Of a DNA stretch of 35,044 nt, positions 9,628-18,159 are shown piece by piece; position 1 is the stretch's first letter; the number at the start of each line of letters is the position of its first letter. Source of the stretch: Candidatus Eiseniibacteriota bacterium (lineage in GTDB: Bacteria; ARS69); assembly GCA_052390515.1 (NCBI GenBank), contig JBQTGV010000218.1:1-35044 (forward strand), given 5' to 3'. Made by a program: the position numbers and the translations under genes. The notes beneath the pieces were generated by a model that saw nothing but the letters and a program-made list of their open reading frames with translations, searched no databases and was not told the origin of the DNA.

Positions 9628-10892
9628 GCGCCCGCGACGAGAGCTTCCGCAGCCGCTTCCCGGCCTACGCGAACACGCTGGACTGTGTGCACTGCGGGTT
9701 GTGCATCCCGCACTGCCCGACGCACGGCGTCACCGGCCGCGAGGCCGACTCCCCGCGAGGACGGATCCACCTGATGCGCGGCTGGGCCGAGGGCAGGAAC
9801 GAGCTTTCCGCCGGCGCCCGCCGGCACCTGGACCTGTGCATCGTGTGCCGAGCCTGCGAGAGCGTCTGTCCCTCCGGCATCCGCATGGGCGAGATGATGG
9901 AGAGCTTCCGCCACGCGACGCTCGCCGAGCACCCCACCGGGCCGGCCCGCTCGGGATTCGCCCGTTTCCTGCTGCGCGAGATCCTGCCCCACCGGGAGCG
10001 AATCGCGCGCGTCACCGACGCGCTCGAGGTGTACCAGCGCTCCGGTCTCTCGCGCGGCATGGGCTTCGTGCTCCAGTTCGTGTCACGCCGGCTGGGGCGC
10101 TTGCACGCGCTGCAGCCCGAAGTGCCGCCGCGCAAGGCCCGGCGGATCCCCACCGACCGCGAGCGTCCCGAGGGGTTCCCGGCGAACGGGGAACGGCGGG
10201 CGCGGGTCGCGCTCTTCCTCGGCTGCATCGCTTCGGAGTGGTTCGCGGTGGTGAACCGCGCGACGATCCGGGTGCTGCAGCGCAACGGTTGCGACGTGAT
10301 CGTGCCGAACGCGCAGACCTGCTGCGGAGCGCTGCACCGCCACGCCGGCCTCCTGGACGACGCGCGCGGCCTGCTGGCGACGAACGCGCGTGCGTTCGGG
10401 AAGGAACCGGTGGACGCCGTGATCGTGAACGCGGCCGGCTGCGGCGCTTCCCTCAAGGAGCCGCTGGAGGAGGGCTCCCCGGTCCCCTACCGCGACGTGT
10501 GCGAGTTCCTGCACGAGCTGGGGTTGCAGCCGCCGGACCGCCCGCTGCACCGCCGCGTCGCCTACGATCAGCCGTGCCACCTCGTGCACGGACAGCGCGT
10601 CGCTCAGAACGTGGTGGAGGGGCTGCTGCGCAGCATTCCGGAGCTGGAGCTCGTCCCGCTTCGCCGGAGCGAGCGCTGCTGCGGCGCGGGGGGCGTATAC
10701 AACCTGCTGCACGCGGCGATGAGCGACGCGGTGCTGGCCGAGAAGGTGCAGGACATCGTCGCGAGCGGCGCCGACATCGTCGCCACCGGGAATCCGGGGT
10801 GCGCGATGCAGATCCGCCGCGGGCTGGCGAATCTGCCAGTGACCGTCGCCCATCCGGTCGAGCTGCTCGATCAGGCCTACTCGCCGGTCTAG
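9624..10892 (+). CDS. glcF: Fe-S subunit, GlcF-like (two 4Fe-4S motifs plus two CCG domains)
   Basis: CVHCGLCIPHCPT, DSPRGRI, CIVCRACESVCPSG, QTCCGAL, AGCG, PCHLVHGQ, CCGAGG and NPGC motifs; GTG 9624 overlaps the glcE stop. Confidence 0.88.
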   Translation: MSARDESFRSRFPAYANTLDCVHCGLCIPHCPTHGVTGREADSPRGRIHLMRGWAEGRNELSAGARRHLDLCIVCRACESVCPSGIRMGEMMESFRHATLAEHPTGPARSGFARFLLREILPHRERIARVTDALEVYQRSGLSRGMGFVLQFVSRRLGRLHALQPEVPPRKARRIPTDRERPEGFPANGERRARVALFLGCIASEWFAVVNRATIRVLQRNGCDVIVPNAQTCCGALHRHAGLLDDARGLLATNARAFGKEPVDAVIVNAAGCGASLKEPLEEGSPVPYRDVCEFLHELGLQPPDRPLHRRVAYDQPCHLVHGQRVAQNVVEGLLRSIPELELVPLRRSERCCGAGGVYNLLHAAMSDAVLAEKVQDIVASGADIVATGNPGCAMQIRRGLANLPVTVAHPVELLDQAYSPV

Positions 10893-10982
10893 GCGGCGCC
10901 GACGGTCCGCTTCCCTCCCACCGCACCCTGCTTGCCGCGTTCCACGGTCCCGAGATCCACGGCGAGCCGCCCGCGGGGGGGG

Positions 10983-11012
10983 TTGACCGATTCGCCCGCT
11001 CGCGAATACCGT
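10983..11012 (+). promoter_or_regulatory. Putative sigma70 promoter, nearly leaderless, for the lipoprotein-yceI pair
   Basis: TTGACC (10983-10988), 18-nt spacer, TACCGT (11007-11012), 9 nt before ATG 11022; no SD visible. Confidence 0.35.
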
Positions 11013-11021
11013 GACGTTCCC

Positions 11022-11321
11022 ATGGTCGATTCCCTGCTTCGCCGTCTGCCCATCGTGCTCCTGCTCTGCCTGTCCGCCGGCTGCGGCGGCGGCTGGAGAG
11101 GCGTCGCGCTCGACTCCCTGGACGCCCAGGCGCAGAGCCTCGGCGGAGAGGAGGCCCGCTTCATCCTGAAGGACGAGCGGGTGATCGAGATGCGGGTGCT
11201 GCACGTGCAGTACCCGTTCGTCGAGGGCCACCGGCTGGTCGGCGCCTGGAGCACCGAACGGAAGATGCGCGTCGACCTGCGTGAGGTGGCGCGCCTCGAA
11301 GTCCGGAAGGCCTCCGGATAG
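11022..11321 (+). CDS. Small hypothetical lipoprotein (99 aa)
   Basis: MVDSLLRRLPIVLLLCLSAGC has a basic n-region, hydrophobic core and SAGC lipobox. The mature part looks beta-rich. Confidence 0.7.
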   Translation: MVDSLLRRLPIVLLLCLSAGCGGGWRGVALDSLDAQAQSLGGEEARFILKDERVIEMRVLHVQYPFVEGHRLVGAWSTERKMRVDLREVARLEVRKASG

Positions 11322-11331
11322 GGGCGGCGCC

Positions 11332-11949
11332 GTGTCCCGGCTCCGGTCCGTCGTCCCCGCGCTCCTGGTCATCGCCGCGGTCGGCCGCGAAGCCACGGCG
11401 GCGCCTCTGCCCTACTTCGTCGACGCAACCCAGAGCGAGATCCTGATTCGCACGGACCGTTCGGGCTGGCTCAGTTTCGCCGGGCACCGCCACGTGATCC
11501 GGGCGAACCGCTTCGACGGGACGATCGTCTGGGACCGGGAGACCGAGACGCTCTCCTCCCTGGAAGTTCGGGTCGAGGCCGCTTCGCTCGAGGTCGTGGA
11601 TGACGACCTGGACTCGACCGCCGTGGCGAAGGTGCAGAGGGACATGGAGGAGCGCGTGCTGGAGACCGGGCGGCACGCGTGGATCGCGTTCGCCTCGACA
11701 GCCGTGGAGGCGGACGGCGACGCCTGGAAGGTGCGAGGCCGGCTCGACCTGCACGGCGTCTCGCGCGAAGTCGAAGTGCCCGTCTCGGTCACGCGCTGGA
11801 AGAACCTGCTGCGCGTCGGCGCGGCGCTCACCGTGCGCCAGACCGATCACGGGATCGAGCCGATCCGCGTGGGGCTCGGCTCGGTGCGCGTCGCCGACCC
11901 GGTCCGCGTCGAGATCCTCCTCGAGGCGCGGCTCGCACCGACCGAGTAG
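11332..11949 (+). CDS. YceI family exported lipid/polyisoprenoid-binding protein
   Basis: Signal peptide, then YFVDATQS, GHRHVI, ASLEV, VLETGRHAWIAF, VRGRLDLHGVSREV and QTDHGIEP (YceI pattern). Confidence 0.85.
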   Translation: MSRLRSVVPALLVIAAVGREATAAPLPYFVDATQSEILIRTDRSGWLSFAGHRHVIRANRFDGTIVWDRETETLSSLEVRVEAASLEVVDDDLDSTAVAKVQRDMEERVLETGRHAWIAFASTAVEADGDAWKVRGRLDLHGVSREVEVPVSVTRWKNLLRVGAALTVRQTDHGIEPIRVGLGSVRVADPVRVEILLEARLAPTE

Positions 11950-11962
11950 GGATCCGGCGCGA

Positions 11963-13285
11963 TCAGTCCTCGTCGGATGCTTCGCCGGGAAGCGGCGCCG
12001 AGGCCGGCCTCGCCGACCAGCGCTCGCGGAGCGCGGTCTGGCGGTTCGTGAGATCGATCTCGCGGCCGTCGATCCAGGCCCGCACCACCTGCATGCGCGT
12101 CTCCAGCAGATCGCCGTCCACCAGGATGAGCGTCGCGCTCTTGCCCGCTTCGAGCGAGCCGTAGCGGTCGGCCACCCCCAGCACCTCCGCCGCCCCGAGC
12201 GTGAGCGCGCGCTCCGCCGCTTCGCGCGGCAGTCCGAAGGCCGAGGCGCGGGCCGCCTCCTGCGGCAGGCTGCGCGAGACCGACGAGGACCAGCTCCCGA
12301 ACGCGATCTCCACGCCGGCCTCATGCAGGCGCGCCGCCGCGGCGAAGGGCACGTCGTACGGCTCCCACACGCGGGTCGGGAGCCGCGTGGTCTGCAGGAT
12401 GACCGGGATGTCGCGCTGCGCGAGCTCGCTCGCGGCGCGCCACGCATCGCCACCGGTTCCGTTGTCTCCGTCCACGAGCACCAGGGAGAGCCCGTGCCTC
12501 GCTCCCCAGTCCAGCGCCGCGCGGATCTGCACGAGCCGCGTGGCCTGGATCCAGACGGGAAGCTCCCCGCTCACCACCGGCCGCAGGGACTCCCAGCGCA
12601 CGTCCGGGTCGCGCTCCGCGCCCGTGTCCCGTGCGCGCGCGTAGGCGGCCGCCTCGCGGATCATCTCGTCCAGCCGCGCAATGCGTTCCTCCCAGACGGG
12701 AACGGCGCCGGCCTTCGTCGTCTCCGGCTTCGCCGCGTTCGGGTCGGGTCGGTCCATCGGGGGCCAGCGGACGACGAGACCCGCGGGTGCCAAGCGCACC
12801 ATCTCCTCCCAGGTCCAGCCGTCCAGGGCAACGACCGCCGCGGTCCCGGGAACGAACGAGCCGGAAGGAACGGTCGCGCCGAGCAGCACGCCGTTCGCCC
12901 GCGTGACGGGGATGTGGCTCGAGGAGGCGTTGACGGCGACCTCGGCGCGCGCGTTCGGGTTGAGCTGGCCCGATTCGAGCAGATCCATCGAGCCGCGCAC
13001 CGAGGTGACCTCCACGAGGCCCACCTGGCTCTGCGCGTCGATCATGCCCGGCCACAGGTGCAGGCCTTCGCCGGAAACGACGGCAGCGTCACCCGGGACG
13101 GCCACCTCCCTTGCCGCGCCCACCGCGACGATGCGTCCCTCGTCCATCACCAGAACGCCGCCTTCGACGGCCGGACTCGAGACGGGATGGATCGTGGCAC
13201 CGACCACGGCCGTCGGCGCGGCCCGCCCGTCGGCGGCGAACGCACCGGCCCACGCTGCGAGGGCCAGGACCACGAGGCGATTCAC
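11963..13285 (-). CDS. Exported amidohydrolase family protein (metal-binding HxH degenerate)
   Basis: GTG 13285 overlaps the upstream stop. Signal peptide VNRLVVLALAAWAGAFAA; GATIHPV, GRIVAVG, WPGMIDAQSQ and GSLEAGKSATL motifs. Confidence 0.85.
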   Translation of the reverse strand: MNRLVVLALAAWAGAFAADGRAAPTAVVGATIHPVSSPAVEGGVLVMDEGRIVAVGAAREVAVPGDAAVVSGEGLHLWPGMIDAQSQVGLVEVTSVRGSMDLLESGQLNPNARAEVAVNASSSHIPVTRANGVLLGATVPSGSFVPGTAAVVALDGWTWEEMVRLAPAGLVVRWPPMDRPDPNAAKPETTKAGAVPVWEERIARLDEMIREAAAYARARDTGAERDPDVRWESLRPVVSGELPVWIQATRLVQIRAALDWGARHGLSLVLVDGDNGTGGDAWRAASELAQRDIPVILQTTRLPTRVWEPYDVPFAAAARLHEAGVEIAFGSWSSSVSRSLPQEAARASAFGLPREAAERALTLGAAEVLGVADRYGSLEAGKSATLILVDGDLLETRMQVVRAWIDGREIDLTNRQTALRERWSARPASAPLPGEASDED

Positions 13286-16200
13286 CTGCACTCTCCCATT
13301 TCGAGGACGTGGTCCGCCGTGCTCTCGCCCCACAGCGGCCCGAGCGTCGTTCCGGGCCACGAGCCCTTGTCGTCGACGGTCGTGTCCAGCTCGTGACGGC
13401 GGTCGAGGTCGAGAGCCTTGGCCAGGAGCTTCTCGCGAAGCTCCATCGCCGCGGCGCGCGCCAGGGCGTCCTCTTCGCGGGAGAAGCGACGCACGCCGTC
13501 GATCCAGGTCTCGTCGCACACCGCGAAATCCGAGAGCGGATGATCCGACCAGAGCACGAAATCGGCGTGCTTCCCGACCTCCAGCGTCCCCACCAGCTCG
13601 CCGACGCCGAGCTGTACCGCAGGGTTCCGCGTGACGAAGCACAGCGCCTCTTCCTCCGGGACGTCGCCCCACTTGACCGCCTTGGCCGCCTCGAGGTTCA
13701 GCCGCCGCGAAAGCTCCGGCGAGTCGGAGTTGAACGAGACGTTCACGCCGCGCTTCCACATGAGCTCGCCGTTGTAGGGGATCGCTTCGACGACCTCGTA
13801 CTTGAACGACCACCAGTCGGAGAAGGACGACGCGCCCGCGCCGTGCCGCGCGATCTCGTTCGCCGCCTTGTACCCCTCGAGCACGTGCTGGAACGTCCCG
13901 ATGCGGAAGCCGTAGTCCTCGGCCACGCGGATGAGCATGATGATCTCGTCGGCGCGGTACGAGTGCGAGTGCACGAGCCGCGTCCCGTCGAGCACTTCGA
14001 GCAGCGCGTCCAGGGCGAGGTCGGTGCGCGGGGGCGCCCCCTTGCGCCCGCCCCGGCGGAAGCGTTCCCACTCCGCCCGGTACGCGAGCGCCGCGTCGAA
14101 CCGCTCCCGGATGAACTGCTCGACGCCCATCCGGGTCTGCGGATACCGGGTGCGATAGTCGCCCCCCCAGTTGGACTGCTTGACGTTCTCGCCGAGCGCG
14201 AACTTGATGCCGGGCGGAGCCTCGGCGAAGAGCAACGCCTCCGCGGGATCGCCCCAGCGCAGCTTGATGACGGCGTTCTGTCCCCCGATGCAGTTGCAAC
14301 TGCCGTGCAGCAGGTTCGCCGTGGTGAGCCCGCCGGCCAGCTCGCGGTACATCTCGCGGGAGCGCGGATCGATCACGTCGCCGATGCGCACCTCCGCGGT
14401 GCAGCTGTTCGTGCACTCGTTCACGTCGCCGGCGATCGAGGAGTGAGAGTGGCAGTCGATCAGCCCGGGCGTGACGTGGCGGCCGGCCGCGTCCACCACG
14501 AGCGCGTTCCGCGGCGCGCCGAGGTCCCGGCCCACGGCGGCGATCCGGCCGTCCACGACGAGCAGATCGGCCTGTTCGAGCTTGCCGGCGGGCGCACACG
14601 TCCAGAGCGTCGCGTCCCGGATCAGGACCGCGCGGGGGGCCTGGGCGGCGTCGGCGCGCGGCGGCCAGGCCGGAACCGTCTCGGAGTGCACCGTCCACAA
14701 GTCGTCCGGCCCGCTCGGATCGGACGGCGCCTTCCGCGCGAACGCCGGGACCTCCTCTCCGCCGGACGACGCCGCGCCGGCGAGCATCTTGCCGTCGAGC
14801 CGCAGCGTCACCGCGAGGGTATCCAGCGCGAAGGAGAGCACGCCGCGCTCCAGACGCAGGCCGGCCAGCGCCCTGCCGGAGTCCGGGCGCACCGCCGCTC
14901 CCTCCAGACCCGCTTGCACGCGCTTGATCTCGATGCGCCAGCGGCGCTCTTCCCCGCTCGCGCCGATCGAGAGGTCCCACTTGCCCTTCACGTCCGCTTC
15001 CTGTGCCTGGCGCGGATCCTCGCCGTGACGAACTCCGTCGATCCAGACTTCCTCGAGCTTCGTCGCCGGGTCGAAGAGCGGGCCGGTGGTGACGACCAGG
15101 TCGGCCGCCTTCCCCGGCGCGATCGTCCCGACGCGGTCCTCGATCCCCAGCACGCGGGCCGGCTCCGTCGTGAGCGCGGCGAGCGCCGCGTCGGCCGACA
15201 ATCCGAGCCGCACCGCCGCGGACAGCCGGGCGAGCACGTACGCACGCTTCGCCAACCCCTGGGTCGTCACCGCGAAGCGCACGCCGGCGCGCTCGAGCTC
15301 GCGCGGGTTGGTCGGCGCCCGCTCCCAGTGAACCAGCGCGTCCAGCTCGACGTCGACCGCCTCGTCCGCGCCAACCCACTTGGGAGCGCGGGGGAAGTCG
15401 ACCGCGATCACGAGATCGGCACCGGCCTCCGTCAGTTGCTCGCGGGTGCGCGCCGGCGCACGGTACTCGTCGGAGCCGCCGGACACGATCACCGGCCGGA
15501 CACCGAACTCGCCGGCCACGGCGAGTGCCCGCGGCATCATCTCGAGGTTCTCGGACTCGAAGATCACCGGCACGGCCCGGGCGAGGACGGGCTCGAGCGC
15601 GCGGAGCGCGGCGTTCTCCTCCGGCCGCTCCGTCTCGCCGTTCTCGCGCCAAGCCTTCCAGCCGTCCCGGTGCCAGCCCGCGTCGAGCAGCGTCTGCCGA
15701 GCCAGCGCGATCGCGCCCATGAGGGAGTTCGGGTAGGTCGGGTCGTCCTCCTGCGCGTGCTCGAAGGCGGCGACCTGAGCGAAGTCCGCGGCGATCACGT
15801 CGTCCGCGGCGCGCCCGTCGCCGAGGGAGACCACCGCCGCCGTGCCGCGCCACACTCCGCCCGCCGGCGCCACCAGCGCGACCGCGTAGCCCGCGCCGCG
15901 CATCTCGTCGAGCAGATCCTCCGGAAGCGGCAGGAGGTCGGCGGCGCGCGCGTCGGCGCGCACCCGGCGGTTCTCGTGCGCCGTACCCGCTCGGGCCAGG
16001 GCGGTGTCCGCAGGCACGGCTCCTTCGGCGAGCCGCAGGTAAGGCTCGATGAAACCGGCGTAGACCGTGCGCCCTTCGCGGCGGTGCACGACGGCGTCTT
16101 CGGGAACCTCGACTCCCCGGCCGACCGACTCGACGAGCCCGTCGCGGATCACGATGGTGCCTTCGACGGGGCGCGCGCCCGGCCCGGTCACGATCGTCAC

Positions 16201-16311
16201 CCCGGTCAGGGCATGCACCGCCGCGGGCTCGCCGGCGATGTCCGCGCGGGACCCTCCCGCCCAGGCGAGCGTGGCCAGTACGACGGCGAAGACCCGGACC
16301 GAAGCGATCAC
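13282..16311 (-). CDS. Exported double-domain amidohydrolase family protein
   Basis: Signal peptide. N-domain: YAGFIEPY...YPNSLMG...GTIAPGKAADLV. C-domain: TPGLIDCHSH, LHGSCNCIGG, IKFALGENVK, HSHSYRADE, FQHVLEGYK, FNSDS. Confidence 0.9.
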   Translation of the reverse strand: MIASVRVFAVVLATLAWAGGSRADIAGEPAAVHALTGVTIVTGPGARPVEGTIVIRDGLVESVGRGVEVPEDAVVHRREGRTVYAGFIEPYLRLAEGAVPADTALARAGTAHENRRVRADARAADLLPLPEDLLDEMRGAGYAVALVAPAGGVWRGTAAVVSLGDGRAADDVIAADFAQVAAFEHAQEDDPTYPNSLMGAIALARQTLLDAGWHRDGWKAWRENGETERPEENAALRALEPVLARAVPVIFESENLEMMPRALAVAGEFGVRPVIVSGGSDEYRAPARTREQLTEAGADLVIAVDFPRAPKWVGADEAVDVELDALVHWERAPTNPRELERAGVRFAVTTQGLAKRAYVLARLSAAVRLGLSADAALAALTTEPARVLGIEDRVGTIAPGKAADLVVTTGPLFDPATKLEEVWIDGVRHGEDPRQAQEADVKGKWDLSIGASGEERRWRIEIKRVQAGLEGAAVRPDSGRALAGLRLERGVLSFALDTLAVTLRLDGKMLAGAASSGGEEVPAFARKAPSDPSGPDDLWTVHSETVPAWPPRADAAQAPRAVLIRDATLWTCAPAGKLEQADLLVVDGRIAAVGRDLGAPRNALVVDAAGRHVTPGLIDCHSHSSIAGDVNECTNSCTAEVRIGDVIDPRSREMYRELAGGLTTANLLHGSCNCIGGQNAVIKLRWGDPAEALLFAEAPPGIKFALGENVKQSNWGGDYRTRYPQTRMGVEQFIRERFDAALAYRAEWERFRRGGRKGAPPRTDLALDALLEVLDGTRLVHSHSYRADEIIMLIRVAEDYGFRIGTFQHVLEGYKAANEIARHGAGASSFSDWWSFKYEVVEAIPYNGELMWKRGVNVSFNSDSPELSRRLNLEAAKAVKWGDVPEEEALCFVTRNPAVQLGVGELVGTLEVGKHADFVLWSDHPLSDFAVCDETWIDGVRRFSREEDALARAAAMELREKLLAKALDLDRRHELDTTVDDKGSWPGTTLGPLWGESTADHVLEMGECR

Positions 16312-16432
16312 GGCAAGTCCTGGGAGTCAGGGAGCGCGCAGGATAGCCGAGCCGAGCCGCGGGGGCCACGGGGGGTTGCGGCCGGCCGCCGGATGGCCGA
16401 CGATGGGGCCGTCCGCCCGCTCGGAGGACCGC

Positions 16433-17107
16433 TTGCCCCCCGTCGTTGCGTCGATTCCGGCGTGGACCCTCGTGGTCGCGCTCGCCCTGCCCGCCGCGGC
16501 GCAGGATCACGACCACGCCCGCGGCGACGGTGCCACCATACACCATCGCTTCGAAGAGACCGCGGAATGGGCACGGCGCTTCGAGGATCCGGCCCGGGAC
16601 GCCTGGCAGCTCCCCGACTCGGTGCTCGCGCGCATCGTCGGCCGCGACGACCTCGTCGTGGCGGACATCGGCTCGGCCACGGGGTACTTCGCCGTCCGTT
16701 TCGCCCGCGCCCTCCCGCGAGGCTTCGTGATCGGCGCGGACGTCGAGCCGGGGATGGTGCAGTGGCTCAACGACCGCGCGCGGGAGGAGGGGCTCGAGAA
16801 CTTGGTCAGCGTGCTCGCGGCACCGGACGACCCCCACCTGCCGCGGCCGGCCGACGTCGCCTTCCTCTGCAACACGATCCACCACATCGACGGGCGGGTC
16901 GCTTACTTCCGCCGTCTCACCGACCAGCTGCGGCCCGGCGCGCGCGTCGTCGTCGTGGACTACCGCCCCGACTCGGAGATGGGGCCCCCGCACAAGCTCG
17001 ATCCGCGCCAGGCGGCGGACGAGCTCGCCGAGGCGGGATGGCGGCTCGCCGCGGAGCATGACGTGCTCCCCGAGCAGTACTTCCTCGTCTTCGAGCGCGC
17101 ACCATGA
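16433..17107 (+). CDS. Class I SAM-dependent methyltransferase with a predicted signal peptide
   Basis: RDAWQLPD, VVADIGSATGYF (motif I), GADVEPGM, NTIHHI, LRPGARVVVVDY and GPPHK motifs; N-terminal WTLVVALALPAAA-Q. Start is TTG 16433 (GGAGGA SD) or ATG 16403. Confidence 0.85.
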   Translation: MPPVVASIPAWTLVVALALPAAAQDHDHARGDGATIHHRFEETAEWARRFEDPARDAWQLPDSVLARIVGRDDLVVADIGSATGYFAVRFARALPRGFVIGADVEPGMVQWLNDRAREEGLENLVSVLAAPDDPHLPRPADVAFLCNTIHHIDGRVAYFRRLTDQLRPGARVVVVDYRPDSEMGPPHKLDPRQAADELAEAGWRLAAEHDVLPEQYFLVFERAP

Positions 17108-18159
17108 GCGTGCACCCGGACATCCAGGTCTGCTACGACCTGCTGCCGCAGGTGTCGCGGACGTTCGCGCTGAACATCCGCATCCTCCCCGGGGAGCTGC
17201 GACCGTCGGTCACGGTGGCCTACCTGCTCTTTCGCCTGGCCGACACGATCGAGGACGCTCCCGGACTCGATTCCTCGGACCGCTCCGAGCTGTTCGAGGC
17301 GTTCTTGGACCGGCTGGACGGAGGCGGACCGCTGTCCCTGCCGGAGAAGCCGCGCATCCTGCTGGCCGAGAGCGTCTCCCCGGGCGAGACGCGCCTGCTC
17401 GATTCCGGCGAGAAGGTCTTCGCCGTGTTCGAGTCCCTTCCTGCGGCGTCGCGGGGGATCATCTCCTCGCACGTCGCGGAGACGGCGCGCGGCATGGAGC
17501 GCATCGGCCGTGAGCGTCGCGAGGGTCCGCTGCTCGTGCTGCACACGTGGGAGGACCTCGACGAGTACTGCTACTACGTGGCCGGGACCATCGGCATCAT
17601 GCTGACGCGGCTCTTCGCCGAGCACAGCCGGCACATCGATCCGGGTTCCTGCAAGCGTCTGACCGCCCTGGGCACGAACTTCGGCCGGGGCCTGCAGCTC
17701 ACCAACATCCTCAAGGGAATCGGCGCGGACCGGCGCGCGGGCCGCGTGTATCTGCCCCGTGAGGCCCTGGCCCGGCGCTCGGTGACGCCGGAGGAGCTGC
17801 TGGCACCGTCGAGCCGCGCCGGAGTCCTCGAGGTGGTGAACGAGATCCTGCCGCGCGCCCTTCAGGACCTGGAGGACGCGCTGCGCTACACGCTGCTCCT
17901 GCCCCGCCGGGAGCCGAGGCTCCGCGTCTTCTGCCTCTGGCCGCTCTTCACCGCGGTGCGCACGCTCGGGGTCGTCGCGGACGGACGGGATCTCGCGGTG
18001 GCGGGGCGGCAGCCGCGTATCGGGCGCGCCGAGCTGTACCGGGAGATGGCGCTCTCCGTCGCGCACGTGTTCTCGAACGGAGGCCTGCGCAAGCGCTTCG
18101 CCCGCTTCCGCCGGGAACGCTTCCGGCGCCTTCCCCACGGCGAGGTCTGGGCGGGGTGA
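17104..18159 (+). CDS. Squalene/phytoene synthase family protein (squalene synthase-like)
   Basis: VSRTFAL, AYLLFRLADTIED, DLDEYCYYVAGTIG, FGRGLQLTNILK, GRVYLP and FCLWPL motifs; ATGA overlap with the methyltransferase stop. Confidence 0.9.
   Translation: MSVHPDIQVCYDLLPQVSRTFALNIRILPGELRPSVTVAYLLFRLADTIEDAPGLDSSDRSELFEAFLDRLDGGGPLSLPEKPRILLAESVSPGETRLLDSGEKVFAVFESLPAASRGIISSHVAETARGMERIGRERREGPLLVLHTWEDLDEYCYYVAGTIGIMLTRLFAEHSRHIDPGSCKRLTALGTNFGRGLQLTNILKGIGADRRAGRVYLPREALARRSVTPEELLAPSSRAGVLEVVNEILPRALQDLEDALRYTLLLPRREPRLRVFCLWPLFTAVRTLGVVADGRDLAVAGRQPRIGRAELYREMALSVAHVFSNGGLRKRFARFRRERFRRLPHGEVWAG

Noticed and set aside
11963..17059. 1698-aa ORF suggesting a giant fusion or frameshift product; likewise the 5' parts of 1209-2738, 4847-6931, 8241-10892, 18596-20248, 22418-24496, 25705-27042 and 29313-33518
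   Set aside because: The upstream parts are Arg/Gly/Ala-rich off-frame translations of the preceding gene. The real genes start at internal start codons, mostly ATGA/GTGA overlaps or SD-preceded starts. I saw no slippery site.
13111..17061. 1316-aa plus-strand ORF, and other long antisense ORFs (2874-4709, 5900-7852, 22903-24453, 27151-28746, 29796-32519)
   Set aside because: They mirror well-supported genes on the opposite strand and have no motifs. Stop-poor shadow frames are expected at this GC content.
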